This document shows positions 29,303-38,165 of a stretch of DNA of 64,000 bases, in pieces. Source of the stretch: Candidatus Latescibacterota bacterium. Its GTDB lineage: Bacteria > Latescibacterota > UBA2968 > UBA8231. Below the pieces are notes generated by a model that was given only the letters and a program-made list of their open reading frames with translations, did not search any database and was not told the origin of the DNA. Both the position numbers and the translations under genes were made by a program. Every line of letters begins with the position of its first letter. The first letter of the stretch is position 1. The stretch spans positions 1,606,936-1,670,935 of the forward strand of contig CBDCNM010000002.1 of NCBI GenBank assembly GCA_965219385.1. The letters are read 5' to 3'.

Positions 29303-30780
29303 TCTTTCGCGCTCCCCGGCCCCGAGATTCCTACTGCGGCTTTCCCCTTGTCCGTCAGCCGGTACTTCTGCAATCGGCTGCGAGGTTTGTCAGGGATAGT
29401 CATTTCCAGCAATCCTTCATGCAGGAGTCGGTCAAGCCGCTGCTCGAAGTTCTTCGTTCGGGTCGAATAGCTCGCAGCCGCCCTCAACTTCCTACTCGTA
29501 GCCGCTCCCTGAACACACGCTTGCAGCATGGCAACGTCCCTGGCTGACAATTTAGCTTGCACCCCTGCGAGCGCCGCTCGCCGAACCGTCGCAACGAATC
29601 CGTCGGTGACGGCGAACTCCGGTTCTGGCAGGCCGGCCTCGACGCAGCGGCGGATCATGTCCAGCGTTCCCGTCCCCATCCGTTCGATGTACTCCGCGAG
29701 GTACAGGGACTCCGCCAGCAAGGGGTTGCCGGGCACCGATCTGTGCGCAACCCGCAGCTTCTCGAGTGTCAGCGGCGGCGCGAGCCTGCCGGGATTCCAT
29801 ACCTCCAACCGGTCCGCGAAGAGCATGACCTGCACACTGCCGTTCTCCGTGTAATCGCGGTGGGCCACCGCGTTGACGACGGCTTCGGTCACGACTTCCT
29901 CTGGAATCTCATAGGTCCGGGGAGCCCGGACGCTCTCCGCCCGCGTGCCGATCGATCGATTGATCCTGCTGAGCACGAAGTCAACCGCTTGATCAACCAA
30001 CTCGAACGCCGTGCCTTTGTAGACTTGGTAGGACGGTATCGGTTTGCCTACCTCCGTCCCGTGGAAGTGGGCGCACCTGACCTCAGAGGCGATCAGGAAC
30101 CGCTGCGGCGACTTCCCAAACAACAACACCGCGGCGTTCGTCGGCCGCCTCTTATTCAGCAGGTTCAGATGCTCCAACAACTCCTCGGGTGGCACATCTT
30201 CGGTCAGTGGAAACTGCCTGGCTCTGCGCGCCGTGCGGGTGAAACGGGTCATTCGCTCGAAATCGAGATCGTCCAGCGCCGCGTTCGTGCAAGGCGCCGC
30301 GTCAAATGGACCCGAGCGGATCAACTCGTTGACTTCCAGGTACTCCACCAACGCCGCATAGAGTCCCGACACGAGTTCTTGCGGCGTGTTGAATCGCCTC
30401 CGGATCAGCCCGGCCTGGGCCTTGCCGATCAGCGTACGCATCTTCGGATGCTGGACGTCGGCGTCCACCCCCTTCACGAAGATCAGGCGATACGTGCCAA
30501 GAGCGGTTGCGCGCTCGAAATCCCGCTCCGTCGGCGAGGGCCCCTCCTCATCCTCGGTCCCGTAGTCGCTGCCGAACAACCCGACGTAAAGGTCGCATCG
30601 TTCGACCTCGTCCAGATAGAGCGCATCGGGCCGCCGATCCGACGCCGGAACGTCCTCGAACAGGAACACCTCGAAGAACCGTCGCATCAGCGGGTCCCCG
30701 CGCAGATAGTCGCGCAACGCCTCGCGTTCCCGGGCGAATTCCGTTTGTACGCTGCTGATGAAAACGCGGAGAGGGGTCAT
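29299..30780 (-). CDS. DUF4062 + RecG-like/HATPase_c_4 ATP-binding + C-terminal HTH protein
   Basis: VFISSVQ.EF..ER, YVGLFG..YG..SPTE.., EAVVNAVAHRDY, NPG, ERMGTG and TIPDKPRSRLQKYRLT. Confidence 0.85.
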   Translation of the reverse strand: MTPLRVFISSVQTEFAREREALRDYLRGDPLMRRFFEVFLFEDVPASDRRPDALYLDEVERCDLYVGLFGSDYGTEDEEGPSPTERDFERATALGTYRLIFVKGVDADVQHPKMRTLIGKAQAGLIRRRFNTPQELVSGLYAALVEYLEVNELIRSGPFDAAPCTNAALDDLDFERMTRFTRTARRARQFPLTEDVPPEELLEHLNLLNKRRPTNAAVLLFGKSPQRFLIASEVRCAHFHGTEVGKPIPSYQVYKGTAFELVDQAVDFVLSRINRSIGTRAESVRAPRTYEIPEEVVTEAVVNAVAHRDYTENGSVQVMLFADRLEVWNPGRLAPPLTLEKLRVAHRSVPGNPLLAESLYLAEYIERMGTGTLDMIRRCVEAGLPEPEFAVTDGFVATVRRAALAGVQAKLSARDVAMLQACVQGAATSRKLRAAASYSTRTKNFEQRLDRLLHEGLLEMTIPDKPRSRLQKYRLTDKGKAAVGISGPGSAKE

Positions 30781-30963
30781 GTCTTGAGCCGTTCATCGGA
30801 TACACTAAAAAGCTCCCGGCAGTTCTCGATCGCCCGGGCGAGCTTGGCGTCTGAGAAGATGAGGCGACCGAGCTTCGGATTCCATTCCGGTGGCAGGTGA
30901 CCAAGGTACATAGTGCTAACCAGATTAGTGTCAACACGGCGAATATGTCCCAGCGCCGCCATA

Positions 30964-31156
30964 CTACCCCCTAATACGGATTTCGATGGCCTCTTCGACG
31001 GCATTGGCCAAGAACCTTTTGATCCAGTGGTATCGCAGCGTCGCCGCCTCTCTTCACTGTCTCCCAATCGTTGTCCGTTGCGGGTCTATTCCCTTCAATG
31101 CTACCAATGTTGCGAACCATTGCGGCCCGCCAGTTGTCAGGAAGGAGGGCCGCGAT
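30964..31156 (-). pseudogene. ThsB-like (MTH538/DUF1863) TIR-domain remnant
   Basis: DNWRAAMVRNIGSIEGNRPATDNDWETVKRGGDAAI, then directly (other frame) the C-terminal YHWIKRFLANAVEEAIEIR; the middle is missing. Confidence 0.75.
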
Positions 31157-32735
31157 GGGAGGCTTAGGCAATTGTTACGGATCCGCGTCTCGGTTTTTAA
31201 GGCTATCGCGGTACTGCTGAAAGACCCGATCCAGGGTTCCATTGTATAAAGCGCAGCGCAGGGCCAGAATGGCGTTGCTGTTTTCCTTATACCACCAGGC
31301 GCCGGATCGTTTCAGACGAACATGGCCGATGAAACGATGCGCCGATTCGATCGCCCCCGAGCCGATCGGGTATCCCCCCTTGCGAGGGCGGCCGAAATCG
31401 ACCTGGTGCAGACGCTTTTGCAGGTACGACAAGGCCGTGCCGATGGCCTCTTCGGCCTCTTCACAGACCGGCTGCATGCGCTGCAGACCCCCAACCCCAC
31501 CGGCGCCCTCCCCCCAGAACAGGCGCGCCAGGGTCGCTTCCAGCCAATGGCTGGCGCGCGCCGCATCGGCGCCGTATTGCGCCTCGGCCACCGCGTGCAG
31601 GTAGCGGCTACAATGGTAGTAGTCGAGGATCTGACGGGCGCTCGGCAACCGCTCTTCCACCCACTTCCAGATCCACGATGCGCCCTCCCCGATGGCACAC
31701 AGGCGCACCTGATCCTCCGGGATCAGCCCCGCCTCCTTGACCGGGCGCAAGGCCGCGCCGAAGGTCTGTTCGTCGCCCATCTGGTGCCAGGAGATCAGCG
31801 GCTCGATGCGCTCATCGTCTACCAGGTAGAAGCGAAAGCCCTTGGCTGGGTGGTATTCCCCCTGCCAACGCCTTCGCCGGGCCCGGCTCTTCTTGCGCCC
31901 CGGACGAGTGCCTTTGGCGGTCTGAGGGCGACTGGGCACGTCGGCCGCATCGATGGCCAACACCACGATGGGCCGCCACGTGCGGCCGGCGGCGGCTTGG
32001 GCCATGCGATCCTGGATGTCGGCCGCGTCGGGACCCACCTGCAGCACGTCCAACGACCCGGTCGGTTGCAGCACCTCGTGAATCGCGCCGTCGCTCATCG
32101 CCGCGTCGGTGAGCGCATCCAAACGCGGCGCGGCGCGCTAGGGGGGCCTCTCCAGCGCCCGCGGGACCCCGGCCGGCGGCCCGTCCCACTGCTTGCGCGG
32201 CGCCGACAGGCCCAAGGCCTCGTCCAGCGGATAGAACCCGTACTGACCGGCCACGCAATAGAAATAGGGCCGCTCCAAGGGCACCGGCCCCAGCAGCGTC
32301 TCCACCGTGCGCGAGCGCGACGGGCGCGCCCGCAGCAAGCGCCCACATTTGGGGCAGGCCGCCTCTTCTTGCGCCCAGTAGGGTCCGTGTCGGCGTTCGA
32401 CGAAGGCTTCCACCCACGCCGCGGTGAGCCCGCAGCGCTCTTGCGACAGCGCCTCGGTGATCTCCATCAACGTCGGCGGAGAAGATCCGCGCTCGCTCAT
32501 CTGCGTCTCCACCCGATCCAGCCACTGGTCCAGGGCTTCATGCGCTTGGCTTCGAAAGCGGTCCCGGAGCTGCTGCTCCTGATAGGGCGCCAGAGAGAGA
32601 ATCGCACTCATTGCTCCCCTTCTTCCTCGATACAGGGGAGCATGCCGCGGGGGAGGCGGCAGGAAAATAGAGCAAGTTACTGTAAAATATACACATGCGT
32701 ACCCAATTCTGCTTTAACAATCACCTAAGACGCCC
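31157..32735 (-). mobile_element. ISKra4-like (IS256/Mutator-related) insertion sequence, 1579 bp
   Basis: TIRs GGGAGGCTTAGGCAATTGTTA and GGGCGTCTTAGGTGATTGTTA (17/21). 8-bp TSD GCCGCGAT at 31149-31156 and 32736-32743. Confidence 0.9.
31175..32611 (-). pseudogene. ISKra4-like transposase interrupted by an in-frame TAG
   Basis: ORFs 32138-32611 and 31175-32122 are in the same frame. CPKCG, RPYFYC, PLDEALGL, GA.WIW, LDYYH and PIGSGAIES..RLKRSGAWW. Confidence 0.85.
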
Positions 32736-32839
32736 GCCGCGATTAGGACCACTGCCCATCCCTTCATCCGAAACGAGTCGGTGGCGAGGCGGTTGACGAC
32801 GCCTTGTATGAATTCGAGGTGCTTAAGTTTCGCTTCCAT
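32736..32839 (-). pseudogene. N-terminus of a TIR-associated membrane protein
   Basis: MEAKLKHLEFIQGVVNRLATDSFRMKGWAVVLIAA, interrupted by the IS. Confidence 0.7.
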
Positions 32840-32915
32840 CAGCATTGTCTCCGGGCTCGAGCCGTTCGGGGAGGCGATAAGTCGTTGCCATGATCAAGCT
32901 CTATGAGTTCCGGTG

Positions 32916-33692
32916 TCACCCTGAGATGTTCTCATCCAGAAAGCGTGTGATCCGTTCGCAGTTCGCGGGCAGGCTGGAGAACTGCTTTTCGCAGACGTCG
33001 CTGAAGCGCGCCAATACCTTCCGATTAATGGATTCTTGGTCCTCAAAGATGGCCAGGGAACGGAACGGAATCACCCACTTCTCGAATTGGAGAAGCGCGA
33101 TCGTGGCGTCACGGGTCCTGCCGTCATTGGCAAGGGCATGAACGAAAAGCGGTCGAGGCATGCCGTTGATTCGGCAGTCCACCGTGTACATTCCCTGGGG
33201 GTCACGTTCGGGATCGCTCCAGTCGAAAGTTCTGCGCCGTTCCGGGACAGCCTCGCTTAAAAGGACTCGAAAATCTTCCATGAACGTGGATCGTATCCTT
33301 TCCCGCGACAAGTACGACACGTCGGAGATCTTGAGGAGCGCCTGGACAAAGGAATACAGCGCGTCACCGGAACGTCCGTCCGGAACGTCGAGGACCAACT
33401 CCCCGTCCCGGTCCTCGATCCGGAACGTGGACAGTGCATTGGAGATGATCTTCTGGCGGGTGCCGCTATGAAGATCCGTCTCATCGAGGTCGTAGGTCAG
33501 GTGCATGTACGTATGCGCCTCATCGGACAGCACCCACCGCGATCCCTCTTTCTTCAGGACGATAGCTAAGTGGTCGCCGTCCTCGAACAGGAACGGGGTG
33601 AACACGCGGAAACGTTCCATACCTTCGGCTGCCAGCCGAACCTTCGCCGAAACCTTTTCGTGAAAATCTCGCTCCATGGTCTCGATGGACAT
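32916..33692 (-). CDS. DUF1828-domain protein with nuclease-like C-terminus
   Basis: [37 protein letters not shown] and Y.VDCRING motifs. Confidence 0.75.
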   Translation of the reverse strand: MSIETMERDFHEKVSAKVRLAAEGMERFRVFTPFLFEDGDHLAIVLKKEGSRWVLSDEAHTYMHLTYDLDETDLHSGTRQKIISNALSTFRIEDRDGELVLDVPDGRSGDALYSFVQALLKISDVSYLSRERIRSTFMEDFRVLLSEAVPERRRTFDWSDPERDPQGMYTVDCRINGMPRPLFVHALANDGRTRDATIALLQFEKWVIPFRSLAIFEDQESINRKVLARFSDVCEKQFSSLPANCERITRFLDENISG

Positions 33693-33695
33693 CGC

Positions 33696-34090
33696 TTACA
33701 CCTCCTCGAAAAGTGTGCCCTGCGGGTCTCGCGGGATCTCGAGATTCGCGTCGTCGACCAGACAGTGAAGGGCGCCGCGAAAGTCGCCGTAGCGATCAGT
33801 CGGCTCAGCGTAGGCGTCCTCCCGTGTTCCGAACTGCTGATATCGCTCCGTCGCGACGTGAATGTGAAAGTCATAAAACGTCACGTCTTCGATGTGGTTA
33901 GTGGGTTCGTGGCTCTTGCCGTTGTAACGCCGGAGGCGAAAGATCTTGTTCGACTCGGGGATACATACGGCCAGGATGATTGAGAAATCGAGCGGATTGA
34001 TTTTGTTCTGTCTGAGAATGAGCCGGAATTCGCTCCCTGCATCACCGGACAGACCCAGGTGCCGTTCGTCGTGCCCGCGCTTCGGTCTTA
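33696..34090 (-). pseudogene. DUF1828 partner gene, 5'-truncated at an IS end
   Basis: Open frame LRPKRGH...LRRYNGKSHEPTNHIE...FHIHVATERYQ...EEV with no native start; cut at TTA|GAAGCC (34088). Confidence 0.6.
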
Positions 34091-34156
34091 GAAGCCTTTT
34101 TAAAACTCTCTCAGCATTAGAAAGGACTTGAAAAAAGCGTACTCATTAGACCACAT

Positions 34157-35235
34157 TCAGGTGTCACCACAACCCCTGAAACGAAAGAGTAGCCGGTTGA
34201 GCAACGCACAGCCCAACCGAGCTTCGGTCTGTTGGTTGGTTAGGGTTCGCGCGTGCAAGGTGCCGCCCAGCATTCGCTTATAGCGAAACATCTGCGTTTC
34301 GGCGATCGAGCGGCGATGATAGCCGCTATCCTGTTTCCAACCTCGACGGCCCCGTTTGCGGAGGGCTCGAATCGTCTCATCGCGGGGCAACGGCTCGGCC
34401 TTGGTGTTGCCCTGTTGCTTGATCTTGGCCTTGCGGCGGGGTGGAATGATCGGTCGAATAGGCGGCCCCGGCTCGGGCGCGGCCAAGGCGTCGAAGACCT
34501 TGCGCGTATCATAGGCTCCATCGCCCCCCAACGCCTCCACGGGGGCCTCGACCTGCGAGGCATCATCTGGGCTATTCGTCAAGGTCGGCGCGACGATCTC
34601 GCCGGTGGCTTCATCGACGCCCAAGTGCACTGTGCGCCACGTGCGTCGCTTGCTCCAGCCGTGCTGACGCACCTTCCATTCGCCTTCGCCATACACTTTC
34701 AGCCCGGTCGAATCCACCACCAAGTGCATCGGTTCGTCTCCCCGCGGGGGCGGCCCCGCCACGGCTAAACCCGCCTGACGGCGCGATAACGTCGTGTGAT
34801 CGGGCACCCGCAGATCCAGTCCCATCAGGGCCAACACGGAGGCGACGAACCCCTCGGTTTGGCGCAGGGGCAAGTGATACAAAAGTCGCAGGGTCAACGC
34901 CGTTTGGAGGGCTACTTCCGAAAAGGTATATTGCGCCCCCCGCGGGGGCGGCCCTTGATAATACCAGGCTTGGACGGCTTGAGGAGTACACCACACCGTC
35001 AGACTACCGCGCTGTTGCAGCCCCGCCTCATAGGCGGGCCCATTACGCACCCGGTACACGACCTTGGAGCGACGGAGCTTGACGGAAGGCGAGGAGGACG
35101 ATACTTTAGGCATGACAGGTTCCTTGGACGAGAAGGCATGGATTCTTTCGCAAAAGGGTCATGCCCAATCTACTAAGGAACCTATCTTTCATTCAACCGA
35201 TGCACACAAAAAACGCCGATTCATGCACCAAAGCC
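34157..35235 (-). mobile_element. IS5-family (IS903 group) element, right end lost
   Basis: Transposase 34157-35113 (RGSLT, PLRQTEG, PDHTTLSRR, VDSTGLKVYGEGEW, DGAYD, GYHRRS.AET). IRL GGCTTTGGTGCATGAATC at 35218-35235; C-terminus non-native. Confidence 0.85.
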
Positions 35236-35306
35236 CCGCGCAAATGGCAGCCCGGCGGTCCGGGTCGGCCACCGTGTGATCGACGCGTGGTGATTAACGG
35301 CCTTCT

Positions 35307-35390
35307 TTACCTGACCAAGTGAATCTCCGTCAGAAAATGCGGCAAGTGGGGTTTCTTGCCCTGCAACTGCTCCCAGAGGTTCTCGATCAT
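35307..35390 (-). pseudogene. orphan N-terminal shard, possibly of an AAA/ABC-type ATPase
   Basis: GGAG RBS, then MIENLWEQLQGKKPHLPHFLTEIHL and a stop. Confidence 0.35.
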
Positions 35391-35493
35391 GAATGACTCT
35401 CCTGCTTGCCAATTTCTCGACGCCGGTGCTCGGGGACGGCTACCCAGTGGCCGAGGTAGGTGTAGCCGAGCGCGTCCCAGATGAGTGCGCCCG

Positions 35494-36492
35494 TCACCAG
35501 CGCACGGCTTGCCTGCCGCCCTCGGGCCCGGCTTTCAGGATCGCTTCGGCCACCGCCACCGCCTTGATCGCTTCGGTCCCGGGTGTGCGGCACTCGGCGC
35601 GACCCTTGATGCAGTCGAGAAAATGGCGTGCCTGTCGGCGGTACATCTGACCGAAGTCAGCCGGCGCCCGCAGCAACTGCTGCTTGCCGTTGAGCTTGGT
35701 GACGCAGAAGTAGCTGTACTTGCCCTGATCCTTGGCCGGTATCTCCAGGCGGCCGGGACCGAACTCCAGACAACCCTTGGGCCCGATCACATCGTGCATG
35801 CCGGCGCCACGGGTGCTCCACGACCAGGACACGAGCAGCTGATTGTCGCCGCCGTAGCGCACCACGGCCGAGCCGGTGTCGACAGCGCTCACACTTGGAT
35901 CCAGCTTCAGCGTGCTCGACACGACGCTCTCGGGGTCACCGAAGATCATGTTGGCGAAGTCGTAGTTGTGCACGGCGCCGTCGATCAGAGGGCCGCCGCC
36001 GAGCTCGTCGTCCATGAACCAGCGCCCCGGCCCGAGGCCGGCCGAACAGTTGCGCCACAGCACGGGGAAACCGAGACGGCCGGCCTGCACCGCTTTCCCC
36101 CAGGTGTTCCAGTGTGCGTCGTAGCGTCGGCAGTGGGCGACCATCAGCAGCGTACCCGTTTTCGCCTGCACACGGTTCAGAGCCCGGCACTGGGCCACCG
36201 TGCGCGCCATCGGTTTCTCTAGCAGCACGGGGATGCCGGCCTTGAGGCAGTCGCTGGCCACCGCCGCGTGGTAGCCGGTCGGCACGGCGACGACCACGGC
36301 ATCAATGCCGCTGGCCAGCATCGCATGGTAGTCTTCGTAGATTGACAGGCTTTCATGGTGGGCGGCAAAGTTCTCGGCCGCGGCCCGTACCGGTTCGGCC
36401 AGCGCGGCGACCCGGCAACCTTTGACAGCGGCGAAACTGTTGGCCTGGTACGACCCCATGCCACCGCCGCCGATGAAACCGACATCGATCAT
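35494..36492 (-). CDS. Gfo/Idh/MocA oxidoreductase
   Basis: GFIGGGGMG, LLEKPMA and GGPLIDGAVH.YD motifs. Confidence 0.9.
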   Translation of the reverse strand: MIDVGFIGGGGMGSYQANSFAAVKGCRVAALAEPVRAAAENFAAHHESLSIYEDYHAMLASGIDAVVVAVPTGYHAAVASDCLKAGIPVLLEKPMARTVAQCRALNRVQAKTGTLLMVAHCRRYDAHWNTWGKAVQAGRLGFPVLWRNCSAGLGPGRWFMDDELGGGPLIDGAVHNYDFANMIFGDPESVVSSTLKLDPSVSAVDTGSAVVRYGGDNQLLVSWSWSTRGAGMHDVIGPKGCLEFGPGRLEIPAKDQGKYSYFCVTKLNGKQQLLRAPADFGQMYRRQARHFLDCIKGRAECRTPGTEAIKAVAVAEAILKAGPEGGRQAVRW

Positions 36493-36884
36493 CGTCCTCT
36501 CCCGTTATCGAATGGTGCGTCTTCCTGCCAGTACCAATCTCCTACCAACCCGAGCCTCAGATCAAGAGAGCGGACATGACAGCGCCTCGCTTTGATGACG
36601 ACTCCTGCGCGACTTTGTCGCCCGGGGGTGGGACGGTCAAGACCCGGTCGCCGACGGTGTCTCGGTCAGGGTCCCGTATGCCGAGCAGGTCGCGCAACTC
36701 CTGCTCCCAGGGTATGCGCCGGGCGGCGGACAGGAGGCGCTTGACCCTGACACCCTTCGCGTCGAGGCGGAGGTAGGCGTCGCTCAAGCCCTCGTTCGGG
36801 CTGAAACGGCGCAGTAACCCGAGGATCGTGAGCCAGAGCCGCGGCCGCCGCGTTACTACCCTCAGCGCTACGGTGCCACCGGCC

Positions 36885-37271
36885 TCACCAAACAATCTCT
36901 ACCTCATACGAGCGCAGCCGGTCGTCGCCGCTGATTAGCGGAATGTCCTCGCTTCGGGCCTGCGCGATCAGCAGGCGGTCAAAGGGATCCCGGTGATGGT
37001 GAGGAAGGCTGTACACCTCAAGGCTGTGGTGCAAGCTCACCGGTAGCACTCCAAAGCTGTTGCGGTGGACATGCTGCGGCACGAATGCTTGAGGTTCGGA
37101 ACCCAACTTGAGACGACCGAGGGCGGCCTTGATCGCAATTTCCCAACCACTCGCCGCGCTGAGCAATATGTCATTGTCCGGATTCGCGATCTCCTCACGC
37201 GCCCGTGGGCTCAAGTGCGGTTCGTCGGTAACCCACCAAAGAAAAACGTGGGTGTCCATCAGCAAGGTCAC
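36885..37271 (-). CDS. vapC: VapC PIN-domain toxin
   Basis: LLMDTHVFLW, SAASGWEIAIK and HRDPFDRLLIAQA motifs. Confidence 0.92.
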   Translation of the reverse strand: MTLLMDTHVFLWWVTDEPHLSPRAREEIANPDNDILLSAASGWEIAIKAALGRLKLGSEPQAFVPQHVHRNSFGVLPVSLHHSLEVYSLPHHHRDPFDRLLIAQARSEDIPLISGDDRLRSYEVEIVW

Positions 37272-37516
37272 TGCTCGGAGCCCCCTTCGAACCCGGTTAG
37301 AAGATCCTCTGGCAAGGGAGCGTCGAAGTCGTCTTTTATGCGCACGAGCCCTTTGGCGCTGCCCGGCATTCTCGGCCCCTTGCGCTGCACCTCGACAGGT
37401 CCGAGTCGAGCCACCGGCGTGCCGGAGCGGGCAATGAGAACCTCTTCGCCGCTCAACACCCGACGGATCAACTTTGAGAAGTTCGTCTTCGCCTCGTGCA
37501 TGTTGACCTGTATCAT
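37268..37516 (-). CDS. Phd/YefM-family antitoxin
   Basis: VNMHEAKT.FSKL, GEEVLIAR.G.PVA and DDFDAPLP. Overlaps vapC. Confidence 0.9.
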   Translation of the reverse strand: MIQVNMHEAKTNFSKLIRRVLSGEEVLIARSGTPVARLGPVEVQRKGPRMPGSAKGLVRIKDDFDAPLPEDLLTGFEGGSEQ

Positions 37517-37551
37517 TCCTTTACCTCCCGACAGTATGGCCGTTCGGCTCT

Positions 37552-37580
37552 AATATAGACTAAGGCATGGACTAAGTCAA
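37552..37580 (-). promoter_or_regulatory. TA promoter with CTTAGTC direct-repeat operator
   Basis: Minus strand TTGACT-17-TATATT; CTTAGTC occurs twice across the -35/spacer. Confidence 0.7.
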
Positions 37581-37622
37581 CTGTCAGCAGGAGTTTGAGT
37601 CGGCAAAGTCAATCTGTACGCA

Positions 37623-37860
37623 GTAACCGTTCAGTCTCGACTGAAGAAAAATAGATTGCATATTCGGTTGTTTGCGTATATGTTTGGGACGGGCAAAAGC
37701 GTTGTATGGACGTTTCCTTTCCTTCCTGAAGGCTCATGGACACGCCCCCTGCTATTTCCGTTTCGGATGCCGACTGGCAGCACACGCCGGCTTTGGTTCA
37801 GGCCCTGGTGGGTAGGGCAATGGACCACCATAGATCAGTTGCGCGACCAAGTAGCCGCGA
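37623..37860 (+). mobile_element. IS66-family (single-ORF type) left-end remnant
   Basis: GTAACCGTTCAG end, then MDTPPAISVSDADWQHTPALVQALV, a typical transposase N-terminus, then frameshift and truncation. Confidence 0.6.
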
Positions 37861-37864
37861 TGGC

Positions 37865-38095
37865 GGGCGGATCCGGGTTGAAGATGCGACATTCGGCTAT
37901 CTATTCCTCTGGCGGTGTCGTGACTGTCAGAGATTCAGCGGATCTGGCTATTTGGCGAATGATGATCCATCTCTTTTTTCGCCGGAAGAGGCCATATGTG
38001 TAGAAGAAGCCCAGCCGTGGGACAAGGCAGCACCCTGTTTGGAATAACAAGCAGTCAGACTCGCTGCGCTCGTCGCGCAGCCGAATCCGTTGACA
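37865..38095 (+). pseudogene. decayed GFA/CENP-V gene followed by a degenerate attC-like tail
   Basis: CRDCQRFSGS joined to DDPSLFSPEEAI...AQPWD. The stop TAA lies inside GAATAAC; then CTCGCTGCGCTCG...CCGTTGACA. Confidence 0.45.
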
Positions 38096-38165
38096 GACTG
38101 AGCCTGTAAATCTAGTGTGGCCCCCGCGAACCCCGCGTCAAAATCCCTAATCGGAGATTACAACC

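Noticed and set aside
30777..30960. Short ORF between the TIR remnant and the DUF4062 gene
   Set aside because: Probably another deleted gene shard; too little signal to name.
32120..32165. Programmed frameshift or readthrough in the ISKra4-like transposase
   Set aside because: The two ORFs are in frame across a TAG in a degenerate-looking stretch; a nonsense mutation is simpler and no recoding signal was seen.
36500..36895. 112-aa ORF and a short shard between vapC and the oxidoreductase
   Set aside because: They look like fused fragments and I could not assign a family.
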